Origin: Candidatus Tepidifontimicrobium thermophilum
Lineage (GTDB): Bacteria; Sysuimicrobiota; Sysuimicrobiia; Sysuimicrobiales; Sysuimicrobiaceae
NCBI GenBank assembly: GCA_031459915.1
Contig: JAVKHO010000016.1
Coordinates: 9,851-73,850, forward strand
Length of the DNA: 64,000 bases
Direction of reading: 5' to 3'
Shown here: positions 38,615-47,593 of the stretch, in pieces
Position numbering within the stretch: the first letter of the stretch is position 1
Layout of the letters: every line of letters starts with the position of its first letter
The notes under the pieces: generated by a model
The model's input: only the letters and a program-made list of their open reading frames with translations
Database searches by the model: none
Told to the model about the DNA's origin: nothing
Program-made: the position numbers and the translations under genes

Positions 38615-39190
38615 ATGCGGACACTGGGCCGTCCTGCCCTGTGGGCCTTCCTGGGGGTCCTTGCGGTGCAGCTGGCTGCCGCGGCGCAGCCCGAGCCCCG
38701 GGAACCGGTCCAGCGACAGGAGGACGTGCCCGTGGTACCCGGCGAGCGCGTCGGGCCCCTCACCGTCCGCATGCGGGCGAGCGAGATGGTGGCGGTGCTG
38801 GGCCCCCCGGAACGGGTGGACCGCTACCCGGAGCGGAACATCCTGTCGTACGACTGGAAGTCGGAGGGTTATCTGGTGTCCTTCGAGCTGTCCACCGGAC
38901 GGGTGCGGGTGGTGGGGGTGTACGGCACGGTGCAGCGCTTCGTCACCGACCGCGGGATCCGGCTCATGATGCCCTTGGATCGCGCCCTGCGCGCCTACGG
39001 CCGCGGGGGGGGCTACGCCCGCGTGGACTGCCGCGGGGATCGGATCACCCTGGTGCGCTACCACGAGGTGGGCCTGCAGTTCGCAGCCGCGTACGACCCG
39101 GGACAGCCCATCCACGGTCGCATCTTCAACATGGGCGTGTTCCGGCCGGGCAGTCTGCGGACGGAGGGCAGCCCCTGCGTCACCCGCTGA
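38615..39190 (+). CDS. Secreted hypothetical protein (paralogue 1)
   Basis: Signal peptide ending AAA-QPEP; TACAAT at 38590-38595; similar to the downstream gene. Confidence 0.75.
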   Translation: MRTLGRPALWAFLGVLAVQLAAAAQPEPREPVQRQEDVPVVPGERVGPLTVRMRASEMVAVLGPPERVDRYPERNILSYDWKSEGYLVSFELSTGRVRVVGVYGTVQRFVTDRGIRLMMPLDRALRAYGRGGGYARVDCRGDRITLVRYHEVGLQFAAAYDPGQPIHGRIFNMGVFRPGSLRTEGSPCVTR

Positions 39191-39750
39191 AAGCCTTCGT
39201 GGTCGCGGCAGCGGTCCTCGCCGGACTGGTCCCCTCCGGCTCGGCCCAGCCCGAACCGCCCTCACCGACGCCGGTACTCCTGGTGGACCCGGGCCGGGGA
39301 ATCGGCCCGTACCGGCTGGAGCTGGGACTGGAGCGGATCCTGGCGAGGCTGGGGCGCGCGGGCGCCGAGCGCGCGGTGGTGGACATGGCCCAGGCGACCC
39401 GGGACTGTACGGTACGGGCCCGCGGTCGGGTGGTACGGTTCACCTGGCGCCCGGAGGGCCTGTGGGTCACCGCGGACGCGGACACCGGAGCCCTTCGGGT
39501 GCTGGCGGCCTTCGGGACTTCGGGGCCGTTCGTCACCGACCGGGGGGTCCGGCTTGGAACTCCCCTGGACCGGGCGGAGCGGCTGTACGGGCCAGGGGCC
39601 CAGCATGTGGAGTGCGAGCTGCCTCGGGGCCTGCGGGCACGCGTGATCCGCTACCGGGATCTGGGCATCCAGTTCACCGGGTTCGAGGGTCCCACGCCAC
39701 ACGCAGGGCGGGTCTGGGAGATCGGGGTGTTCCGGCCGGGCGTGTTCTGA
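39175..39750 (+). CDS. Secreted hypothetical protein (paralogue 2); start uncertain (CTG 39175/39187 or GTG 39199)
   Basis: [23 protein letters not shown] signal; shares FVTDRG, PLDRA, QF and GVFRPG blocks with paralogue 1. Confidence 0.7.
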   Translation: MRHPLKAFVVAAAVLAGLVPSGSAQPEPPSPTPVLLVDPGRGIGPYRLELGLERILARLGRAGAERAVVDMAQATRDCTVRARGRVVRFTWRPEGLWVTADADTGALRVLAAFGTSGPFVTDRGVRLGTPLDRAERLYGPGAQHVECELPRGLRARVIRYRDLGIQFTGFEGPTPHAGRVWEIGVFRPGVF

Positions 39751-39755
39751 ACTCG

Positions 39756-40445
39756 TTACCCCCGTTCCCCCAGGGGCGGCTGGACTCCGGAGACCTCGCT
39801 CTGGCGGACTCTGGCCAGCTCTACCAGCCAGTCGGGGTCCTCGTACACGTAGTCCTTGCGCAGGGGGTGGCCCTTCCAGTCCTCGGTGAGGAGGATGCGC
39901 CGGAGGTCGGGGTGTCCCTCGTACACCACCCCGAACAGGTCGTAGGTCTCCCGCTCGTGCCACTCCGCGGTGCGCCAGAGGTCGCTCACCGTAGGGATCC
40001 TGGGGTCGTCGCGGTCCACCGGCACCTTCACCAGCAACTCGTGGTTGTGCACCGTGGACCACAGGTGGTAGGTGCACTCCATCCGGTCCTTCCAGTCGAT
40101 GGCGCTCGCGAAGGACAGGTAGTCCATACGGAAGGCGGGGTCGTCGCGCAGGAACTCCATCACCTCCCGGAACACCTCCCGGGGCACCTCGAAGGTCGGG
40201 GTGCGGTACCGGGGGACGGCGGGCTCCTCTTTCCGGGGAGGCCGAGGCGCGGGCTTGCCCTCCGCCTTGGCCCGCTCCACCTCCTCCTGGTAGCGCCGCT
40301 GCCGCTCCTCCTGCTCCCGCTCGAAGGCCTCCAGGGCTTCCCGCGCCGCCTCCGCGGCGTCCCGCACCTGCGGGAAGCGCTCCCGCAGCCGCGCGGCCAG
40401 CTCCGGAGGGAGGAACCCGCCTGAGGGGTTGCGGCTCGGCGTCAT
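39756..40445 (-). CDS. nuoC: NADH-quinone oxidoreductase subunit C with a charged insertion
   Basis: [35 protein letters not shown] overlap with nuoI. Confidence 0.9.
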   Translation of the reverse strand: MTPSRNPSGGFLPPELAARLRERFPQVRDAAEAAREALEAFEREQEERQRRYQEEVERAKAEGKPAPRPPRKEEPAVPRYRTPTFEVPREVFREVMEFLRDDPAFRMDYLSFASAIDWKDRMECTYHLWSTVHNHELLVKVPVDRDDPRIPTVSDLWRTAEWHERETYDLFGVVYEGHPDLRRILLTEDWKGHPLRKDYVYEDPDWLVELARVRQSEVSGVQPPLGERG

Positions 40446-40906
40446 CGCAAGATCCCCCTGGCCACGGGCTCCTTGGGGGCCGCCCGGTGCAGATCCTCCA
40501 GGGTGTACAGCAGGTTCGCGCGGTTGTAGGTGCTGGCCTCGTAGTGAGGGGTGAACACGATGGCCTCCGTGGGGCAAACCTCCACGCACAGCCCACAGTA
40601 CTGGCACTTGTCCATCTCGATGTCGAACCGCGTGAGCACGCGCTCCTTCCCCTTCCCGGTGGCCTCGATGTGGATGCACCGGCTGGGGCAGATCCGCTCG
40701 CACTGGAAGCAAATGATGCACCTGTCGTTGCCCGTCTCCGTGTCCACGGGCAGGGCCAGAAGCCCGTGCCAGCGGGGGGACACGTTGGACTTCTCGAGGG
40801 GGTACAGGAGGGTGACCTTCGGGCGGGTCAGGTTCTGGAAGGTCACCCCCAGACCGGTCACCAGTCCCTGGACGGCCTCCACGGTGCGCTGGAGCAGGCC
40901 CGGCAT
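40442..40906 (-). CDS. nuoI: NADH-quinone oxidoreductase subunit I
   Basis: VTLLYP; two 4Fe-4S motifs, [12 protein letters not shown] and [12 protein letters not shown]. Confidence 0.9.
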   Translation of the reverse strand: MPGLLQRTVEAVQGLVTGLGVTFQNLTRPKVTLLYPLEKSNVSPRWHGLLALPVDTETGNDRCIICFQCERICPSRCIHIEATGKGKERVLTRFDIEMDKCQYCGLCVEVCPTEAIVFTPHYEASTYNRANLLYTLEDLHRAAPKEPVARGILR

Positions 40907-40916
40907 ACGACCCTCC

Positions 40917-42026
40917 TCAGCGGTCTACGTCCGCCAGCACGATGTCGATGCTCCCCAGGATGGCGATGATGTCCGCCACTTTCCAGCCTTTCATCATCTC
41001 CGTAAGGGCGTGCAGGTTCACAAAGGAGGGCGCCCGGATCTTCACCCGCCAGGGCGTCTCTCCTCCCGTGCTGACCAGGTGGATCCCCAGGTCTCCCCGG
41101 GGAGACTCCACCCGCGTGTACACCTCCCCCGGAGGGACTTTGAGGTTGAGGGGCACCCGGGCAGCCCGGACCTCCCCCTCCGGCATCTGATCCAGGCACT
41201 GCAGGATGATCCGGGTGGACTCCCGCATCTCGTCCATCCGGACCAGGTACCGGGCGTAGCAGTCTCCCTCCGTGTACACGGGGACCTGGAAGTCCACCCG
41301 GTCGTACACCTCGTACGGGTGGCTCTTGCGCACGTCCCACTGGAGCCCCGAGGCCCGCGCCACAGGCCCGCAGGCGCCGAAGGCGACGGCCTGCTCCCGG
41401 GTCAGCACCCCCACGCCCTGCGTGCGGGCCTGCCAGATGGGGTTGCCGGTGAGCAGTCTGTGGTATTCGTCCAGGCGATTCAGGAAGTAGTGGCAGAACT
41501 CCCGGCACCGGTCCGTCCAACCGGGGGGAAGGTCTTCGTTCACCCCACCCAGGCGGAAGTACACGTGGTGTAGCCGCCCTCCCGTGGTGGCCTCGAACAG
41601 GTCCATGATGAGCTCCCGCTCCCGCATGCACCACAGGAAGGCGGTGAAGGCGCCCAGGTCGATCCCGTAGGTGCCCAGCCACAACAGGTGGCTGGCGAGG
41701 CGCTGGAGCTCCATGAAGATGGTCCGGATGTACCGGGCCCGTTCCGGCACCGGCACGTCTGCCAGGGTCTCCGCCGCCCGGAGGATGGCCATCTCGTTCA
41801 CTAAGGCCGCCAGGTAGTCCATGCCCCGGTCCGCCAGGGCGATGTTCTGGGTGTAGTTGCGGTGCTCCATCATCTTCTCGACGGAGGAGTGGAGGTAGCC
41901 GATGTCCGGCTGGACCTCCACGATGTTCTCCCCGTCCAGGGTCACCAGCAGCCGGAGGACCCCGTGGGTGCTGGGGTGCTGCGGGCCCATGTTGAGGATG
42001 AGCTCCTCGGTACGCAGCGACCGCAT
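40917..42026 (-). CDS. nuoD: NADH-quinone oxidoreductase subunit D
   Basis: NMGPQHPSTHGVLR, ESPRG, RAPSF, DIVLADVDR; no NiFe CxxC motifs. Confidence 0.93.
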   Translation of the reverse strand: MRSLRTEELILNMGPQHPSTHGVLRLLVTLDGENIVEVQPDIGYLHSSVEKMMEHRNYTQNIALADRGMDYLAALVNEMAILRAAETLADVPVPERARYIRTIFMELQRLASHLLWLGTYGIDLGAFTAFLWCMRERELIMDLFEATTGGRLHHVYFRLGGVNEDLPPGWTDRCREFCHYFLNRLDEYHRLLTGNPIWQARTQGVGVLTREQAVAFGACGPVARASGLQWDVRKSHPYEVYDRVDFQVPVYTEGDCYARYLVRMDEMRESTRIILQCLDQMPEGEVRAARVPLNLKVPPGEVYTRVESPRGDLGIHLVSTGGETPWRVKIRAPSFVNLHALTEMMKGWKVADIIAILGSIDIVLADVDR

Positions 42027-42027
42027 C

Positions 42028-42612
42028 CTAAGCCCCCGCCTCCTGCAGCCGGCGCGTCAGGCGGCGCTCCCGCTGGATCTTCTCCTGCAGCTTCAGCACC
42101 CCCTCGATGAGGGCCTCCGGCCGGGGCGGGCAGCCCGGCACGTACACGTCCACGGGGATGACGGTGTCGATCCCCTTGAGGATGGAATAGTTGTCGTAGT
42201 AGAAGGGCCCGCCACAGGTGGCGCAGCTGCCCATGCTGATCACGTACTTGGGTTCCGGCATCTGCTCCCAGAGCCGGCGGACCACCGGGGCCATCTTGAT
42301 GGTGCACCGGCCCGCCACGATGATCAGGTCCGCCTGCCTGGGGGTGGCCCGGGGAATCACGCCGAACCGGTCCAGGTCGAACCGGGTACCCATGGCCTGC
42401 ATCATCTCCATGGCGCAGCACGCCAGCCCGAAGGTGAGAGGCCAGATGGAGCGGGCCCGGGCCCAGTTCAGCACGTTCTCGATGCTGGTGACGAGGATCT
42501 GCCCGCCCGGCAGCCGATGCAGCACCTCCACCAGCTGCTCGATGGGAGCCTCCCGGCTCCCGTCCGCGGGCACACGCACCATCCGTGTGACTTCCGGACC
42601 GCCGGACGACAC
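42028..42612 (-). CDS. nuoB: NADH-quinone oxidoreductase subunit B
   Basis: [32 protein letters not shown]. Confidence 0.95.
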   Translation of the reverse strand: MSSGGPEVTRMVRVPADGSREAPIEQLVEVLHRLPGGQILVTSIENVLNWARARSIWPLTFGLACCAMEMMQAMGTRFDLDRFGVIPRATPRQADLIIVAGRCTIKMAPVVRRLWEQMPEPKYVISMGSCATCGGPFYYDNYSILKGIDTVIPVDVYVPGCPPRPEALIEGVLKLQEKIQRERRLTRRLQEAGA

Positions 42613-42684
42613 GGTTTCACTCCTGGTGTAGGATTGGGGCCGGGTGCGACCCCCTGGGATTCTCGCACACCGCGGGCGCGCCCC

Positions 42685-43968
42685 TCAAGCGCCCCGGGCC
42701 GCCCGCTCCGCCTCCGACGTCCGCCACACCTCGGCCCCCAGGGATCGGAGCTTGCGCTCGAGGCCCTCGTACTTGCGGTCCAGGTGCTCCACCCCCGTGA
42801 TGCGGGTCTCACCCTCCGCCACCAGCCCCGCGATCACCATCGCGGCGCCCGCCCGGATGTCCAGGGCCTGTACCGTGGCTCCCGTGAGCCGCTCCACGCC
42901 CCGCACGTAGGCGGTGTTGCCGTCCACCCGGATGTCCGCCCCCATCTTCACCAGCTCGTAGGCGTAGCCCATGCGGCCGTCGTAGATGGTCTCCCGCACC
43001 ACCGCCTGCCCCTCCGCGGTGGCGAGCAGCGCCGCGAAGGGCGGGTGCAGGTCGGTGGCGAATCCCGGGAACGGCGCGGTGTCGATGTCCACGGCGCGCA
43101 GGCGCCGGGGCGCGCGCACCCGTACCCGGTCGGTGTTGGCGTCCACCTGGCAGCCGGCCTCCGCCAGCTTGCTCAACAGGGCGGTCACGTGCTCGGGGAT
43201 GAGGGCGTCCACCTCCACGTCCCCGCCCGTGGCAGCCCCCGCCACCAGGTACGTCCCCGCCTCGATGCGGTCGGGGATGACCGCATACCGAGCCCCGTGC
43301 AGCCGGCGCACACCCTCCACCACCACGGTGGGGGTCCCCGCTCCCCGGATGCGGGCGCCCATGAGGTTCAGGAACACCGCGGTGTCGGTAACCTCGGGCT
43401 CCAGGGCCGCGTTCCGGAGCACCGTGGTCCCCTCCGCCAGCACCGCGGCCAGCATCAGGTTGATGGTGGTCCCCACGCTGCGCCGCGGCACGAGGAACTC
43501 GACCCCCCGCAAGCTCCGGGCGCGCCCCACCAGGTAGCCCCGCTCGGTGACCACGTCAGCTCCCAGGGCCGAGAACCCCTTGAGGTGGAAGTCCACGGGC
43601 CGCCCCCCGATGGAGTCGCCGCCGGGTAGCCCCACCTCGAACTGCCCCGCCCGCCCCAGCAGCATCCCTGCGGCGTAGTACGAGCCTCGGATGCGGCCGC
43701 ACAGCTCCGCGGGCGCGTGGGTGCTGCTCAGCCGACGCGCGTCCACCGCCAGCCGCCCGCCGTCCGTGAGTTCCACCTCGCAGCCCAGGCTCCGCAGGAT
43801 GTCCGCCATGACCTGGACGTCGCGGCACCGGGGGACGTTCTCGATCACCGACACGTCTGCGGCCAGGGCCGCCGCGGCCATGATGGGGAGCACCGTGTTG
43901 ACCGCGCCGGCCACCTTCACCGCGCCCTCCAGCCGGCGTCCGCCACGGACCACCAGGAGCTCTGCCAC
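42685..43968 (-). CDS. murA: UDP-GlcNAc enolpyruvyl transferase homologue with atypical active-site residues
   Basis: LPGGDSIGGRPVDFH, SVGTTIN, NAALEPE, PDRIEAGT, PGFATD, DIRAGA; GAVNT replaces GAKNA. Confidence 0.9.
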   Translation of the reverse strand: MAELLVVRGGRRLEGAVKVAGAVNTVLPIMAAAALAADVSVIENVPRCRDVQVMADILRSLGCEVELTDGGRLAVDARRLSSTHAPAELCGRIRGSYYAAGMLLGRAGQFEVGLPGGDSIGGRPVDFHLKGFSALGADVVTERGYLVGRARSLRGVEFLVPRRSVGTTINLMLAAVLAEGTTVLRNAALEPEVTDTAVFLNLMGARIRGAGTPTVVVEGVRRLHGARYAVIPDRIEAGTYLVAGAATGGDVEVDALIPEHVTALLSKLAEAGCQVDANTDRVRVRAPRRLRAVDIDTAPFPGFATDLHPPFAALLATAEGQAVVRETIYDGRMGYAYELVKMGADIRVDGNTAYVRGVERLTGATVQALDIRAGAAMVIAGLVAEGETRITGVEHLDRKYEGLERKLRSLGAEVWRTSEAERAARGA

Positions 43969-44008
43969 CGGCTCGCCTCGGCAGGTCACCGCTTCCGGGG
44001 GCACGCGC

Positions 44009-44284
44009 CTAACCCTCGAGAGCCGGCCGGATCCGCTTCTCCACGTAGAAGCGCACCAGCTCCTCCAGGATCCGGTCCCGGTCGACCTTACGGATGAGGG
44101 AGCGGGCACCCCGATGGCTCGTGATGTACGTGGGGTCTCCCGAGATCAGGTAGCCCACCAGCTGGTCCTTGGGGCTGTAGCCGCGCTCCTGCAGGGCCCG
44201 GTACACCTCCAGGAGGATCTCGAACACCCCGGGCAGTTCCTCGCCCAGGCGGTACACACCGGTCTGCTCGTGGGACTCGCTCAA
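44009..44284 (-). CDS. ireB: IreB/ReoM (UPF0297) regulatory phosphoprotein
   Basis: [31 protein letters not shown]...ARSLIRK...ILEELV; N-terminal EQT; TTGA overlap with the menG stop. Confidence 0.9.
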   Translation of the reverse strand: MSESHEQTGVYRLGEELPGVFEILLEVYRALQERGYSPKDQLVGYLISGDPTYITSHRGARSLIRKVDRDRILEELVRFYVEKRIRPALEG

Positions 44285-45075
44285 CTCCGCACCTCTGGCC
44301 GGCCCTCGGGCCCGGCCAGTGAGGGGTTCGCGGCGGCGGGGCGTCCTTCCTGGCGTCCAGGAGGTTTGTCCGCTGCGTGCACCGCCACCGCCCCGAAAAG
44401 CAGGTTCCGGTACCAGACGCTCCGGAAGCCCGCCTGGTGGAGCAGGTCGCGGAAGGCCTCCTGGTCCGGCCAACCTCGGATGGAGGTCGGCAGGTACCAG
44501 TAGGCGTCCGGGTGGCGGGAGAGCCTGCGGCCTACCCACGGGATGGCGGTGTACGAGTAGAGGTCGTAGAGGGCACCAAACAGCCGGGAGCGGGGCCGGC
44601 TGAACTCCAGCACCACAAGCCGGCCGCCCGGCCGCAGGACCCGGAACAGCTCTCGCAGGGTACCCAGAGGGTCAGCCACGTTGCGCACCCCAAAACCCAC
44701 CGTGGCCGCGTGGAAGGTCCCGTCCGCAAAAGGCAGCGCCTGTGCGTCCCCCTGCACGAACCAAACCCCCCGAGCCCCGCCGGCCCGCTTCCGGGCCAGG
44801 TGCAGCATGGGCTCCGCGAAGTCCACACCCACCACGCGGCCTTGGGGGCCCACGCGGCGGTGGAGGAGGAAGACCAGGTCACCGGTCCCGCAGCACACGT
44901 CCAGGGCGAGGCCGCCCGGGGGCGGCGCGGCGACTGCCACCGCGTACTGCTTCCAACGCTTGTGCAGGCCGAAGCTCAGCAGGGTGTTCAGGAGATCGTA
45001 CCGGCGGGCGATGGCGCTGAACATCGCCCGCACGTACCGGCCCTTTTGTTCGGGGCTCTGCTCGGGAAGGAGCAC
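44281..45075 (-). CDS. menG: Demethylmenaquinone methyltransferase (MenG/UbiE)
   Basis: [42 protein letters not shown]. Confidence 0.93.
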   Translation of the reverse strand: MLLPEQSPEQKGRYVRAMFSAIARRYDLLNTLLSFGLHKRWKQYAVAVAAPPPGGLALDVCCGTGDLVFLLHRRVGPQGRVVGVDFAEPMLHLARKRAGGARGVWFVQGDAQALPFADGTFHAATVGFGVRNVADPLGTLRELFRVLRPGGRLVVLEFSRPRSRLFGALYDLYSYTAIPWVGRRLSRHPDAYWYLPTSIRGWPDQEAFRDLLHQAGFRSVWYRNLLFGAVAVHAADKPPGRQEGRPAAANPSLAGPEGRPEVRS

Positions 45076-45091
45076 CAGTACACTCCGATCG

Positions 45092-45164
45092 TGGGCCCGC
45101 CTGGGCTCGAACCAGGAACCCGCCGGTTATGAGCCGGCCGCTCTGACCCTTGAGCTACGGGCCC
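45092..45164 (-). tRNA. tRNA with CAU anticodon, most likely tRNA-Ile2 (lysidine); CCA not encoded
   Basis: GGGCCCGTAGCTCAAGGGTCAGAGCG-GCCGG-CT-CAT-AA-CCGGC...GTTCGAG...CGGGCCCA; G1-C72 paired, so not an initiator. Confidence 0.88.
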
Positions 45165-45910
45165 GCACCCCACTCAGTATATCCCACCCGTACCAGGTAC
45201 AGCCCCCCGGGGGCCACCACGGGACCTGCCCGCTGGCTGTCGCGGGAAGCCAGCACCTCCCCGACTTCCTCCGGACTCCGCTTGCCCGCTCCCACCTCCA
45301 GCAGCGTCCCTACCAGCATCCGAACCATGTGCCGCAGGAACCGATCCGACACCACCTCCACCACCACGAAGGGCCCGCGGCGTCTGACCCGGAACCGGTG
45401 CACGGTGCACCAAGTGGTCCTGGGGTTGCTGCCGGTGGCGCAGAAGGCGGCGAAGTCGTGCCCGCCCACCAGCAGCTCGGCGGCACGCTGCATGCGGGCC
45501 ACCTCCAAAGGCCCCTCCCACGCCAGCGCCCGGTCCACCAGGAAGGGGTTGCGGCCGGGGCGGTTCCAGATCACGTAGCGGTAGGCGCGCCAGCGGGCGT
45601 CCCGACGGGCGTGGAAGGCCTCCGGGGCGTCCTGGGCGGACCGCACGGCAATGTCCGCGGGGAGGTAGTGGTTGAGGGCCGTTACGAAACGCTCCGCAGA
45701 AAGTGAGGAGGCGGTGCGGAAGTGCGCCACCTGGGCCAACGCGTGTACGCCCGCGTCCGTACGCCCCGCACCCACCACCCGCACGCGCTCTCCGGTGACG
45801 CGGGCCAGGGCCACCTCTAGCTCCCCCTGCACCGAAGGCCGGCCCGGCTGCCGCTGCCAGCCCGCGTAGCGCGTGCCCACGTACCACACTACGAGCCTCA
45901 CCGTCCGCAC
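45155..45910 (-). CDS. truA: tRNA pseudouridine(38-40) synthase
   Basis: YAGWQRQ, AGRTDAGVHA, FHAR, HDF, FLRHMVR, GLYL. Confidence 0.95.
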   Translation of the reverse strand: MRTVRLVVWYVGTRYAGWQRQPGRPSVQGELEVALARVTGERVRVVGAGRTDAGVHALAQVAHFRTASSLSAERFVTALNHYLPADIAVRSAQDAPEAFHARRDARWRAYRYVIWNRPGRNPFLVDRALAWEGPLEVARMQRAAELLVGGHDFAAFCATGSNPRTTWCTVHRFRVRRRGPFVVVEVVSDRFLRHMVRMLVGTLLEVGAGKRSPEEVGEVLASRDSQRAGPVVAPGGLYLVRVGYTEWGAGP

Positions 45911-45914
45911 AGTC

Positions 45915-46727
45915 CTACGGTCCGCCCGACCAAAGCACGAGCACGCTGGCGCCCACGACCACCAGCCCGGCCCAGAGATCCCGGGCGCGGTAGCGCAGCT
46001 GTTTCATCCGGGTCCGGCCCTCGCCGCCGCGGTAGCCCCGGGCCTCCATGGCTACTGCCAGCTCGTCCGCCCGACGGAAGGCGCTGACGAACAGGGGGAC
46101 CAGGATGGGGACCAGAGCCCGCGCCCGCCGCAGGGGGCCGCCGGTGTCCAGGTCCGCGCCCCGGGCCATCTGTGCCTTCATGATTTTCTCCGTTTCCTCC
46201 ACCAGGGTGGGGATGAACCGGAGGGCGATGGTCATCATCATGGCCAGCTCGTGGGCCGGGACCCCCAGCCGCCGGAACGGGTTCAGCAGCCGCTCCATCC
46301 CGTCCGCCAGCTCCACGGGGGAGGTGGTGAAGGTCAGCAAGGAGGTGGAGACCACCAGGAGCACTAGGCGGGCGGTGACGAACAACCCCTGGACCAGGCC
46401 CTCCCGCGTCGCCACCAAGGGCCCCAGCCTCCACAGCACGGTCCCGCCCGAGGCCCCGCCGAAGAACACCTGCAGGACCAGGGTGAGCAGAAGCAGAAAC
46501 CAGATGGGCCGCAGGCCGCGCAGCACGAACCCCGCGGGCACTTGCGAGAGGACCACCGCACCGGCCAGGAACGCCGCAAACACGCCCAGCCCCCGGAAGT
46601 CCCGCGCGAGGAACACCACCACCATCAGGACCGTGGTGGCCAGGATCTTCGTCCGCGGATCCAGCCGGTGCACCGGGGAGGCCCGCGGGACGTACTGGCC
46701 GATGGTCAGGCTTCGGAGGAGCTCCAC
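45915..46727 (-). CDS. ecfT: ECF transporter transmembrane component
   Basis: IGQY...HRLDPRTK, IALRFIP, AQMARG, AMEARGY. Confidence 0.94.
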   Translation of the reverse strand: MELLRSLTIGQYVPRASPVHRLDPRTKILATTVLMVVVFLARDFRGLGVFAAFLAGAVVLSQVPAGFVLRGLRPIWFLLLLTLVLQVFFGGASGGTVLWRLGPLVATREGLVQGLFVTARLVLLVVSTSLLTFTTSPVELADGMERLLNPFRRLGVPAHELAMMMTIALRFIPTLVEETEKIMKAQMARGADLDTGGPLRRARALVPILVPLFVSAFRRADELAVAMEARGYRGGEGRTRMKQLRYRARDLWAGLVVVGASVLVLWSGGP

Positions 46728-47593
46728 CGCCGGTTCCCCTGCAGCACCCGCACGATCTCCTCGCACGCCTCCTCCACGGTGAGGCGGTCGCACCGCACGG
46801 GAAGCCCCGCGGCCTTTAACCGCAGCAGTACGTCGGTGACCCGGGGCACGTCCAGCCCGATGCTCCGCAGCCGGTCTGACTGCGCGAACGCCTCCCGGAC
46901 GGGCGCGTCGAGGAACACCTGGCCCCGGTGCAGCACCACCACCCTCTGGCACAGCCGCGCCACGTCGTCCATGCTGTGGGAGATGAGCACCACCGTGAGG
47001 GCCGCCTTGCGGTGCAGATCCCGCACCCGGCTCAGGATCTCCCGCCGCCCCTCCGGGTCCAGGCCCGCGGTGGGCTCGTCCAGCACCAGCACCTGCGGCC
47101 GCATGGCCAGCACCCCCGCGATCGCCACCCGCCGCATCTCGCCGCCCGAAAGGGAAAAAGGCGAACGCGGGCCGAAGCGGTCCGGGTCTAGCCCCACCCA
47201 CTCCAGGGACTCGCGGACCCGCTCCTGCACTTCCTCCGGATCCAGGCCCAGGTTACGGGGCCCGAAGGCCACGTCCTCGAACACCGTCGCCTCAAAGAGC
47301 TGGTGCTCGGGGTACTGGAATAGCAGCCCCACCTTGCGGCGGACCTCCCGCACCACCGCGGTGCCGGGACGGATCTCCACCCCGTCCACCCAGACCCGGC
47401 CTTCCGTGGGCCGCAGCAGCCCGTTGAAGTGCTGCACCAGGGTGCTCTTGCCGGATCCCGTGGGCCCCACCAACCCCAGGCACTCGCCCCGGCGGACCAC
47501 CAGGTCCACGCCGCGGAGGGCTACCGACTCGAAGGGGGTTCCCCGGAGGTACACGTGCGTGAGGCCCTCACAGACCACCACGGGGTCGCTCAC
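46706..47593 (-). CDS. ecfA2: ECF transporter ATPase A2
   Basis: GTPFE, GPTGSGKST, FQYPEHQLFE, LSGGEMRR. Confidence 0.93.
   Translation of the reverse strand: MSDPVVVCEGLTHVYLRGTPFESVALRGVDLVVRRGECLGLVGPTGSGKSTLVQHFNGLLRPTEGRVWVDGVEIRPGTAVVREVRRKVGLLFQYPEHQLFEATVFEDVAFGPRNLGLDPEEVQERVRESLEWVGLDPDRFGPRSPFSLSGGEMRRVAIAGVLAMRPQVLVLDEPTAGLDPEGRREILSRVRDLHRKAALTVVLISHSMDDVARLCQRVVVLHRGQVFLDAPVREAFAQSDRLRSIGLDVPRVTDVLLRLKAAGLPVRCDRLTVEEACEEIVRVLQGNRRWSSSEA

Noticed and set aside
39756..42612. Group 4 [NiFe]-hydrogenase
   Set aside because: The large subunit lacks both CxxC Ni-binding motifs, and the small subunit has the complex I-type tandem CC.
45092..45164. Initiator tRNA-fMet
   Set aside because: The 1-72 pair is G-C and the anticodon stem lacks the GGG/CCC run; Ile2 is favoured, though elongator Met is not fully excluded.
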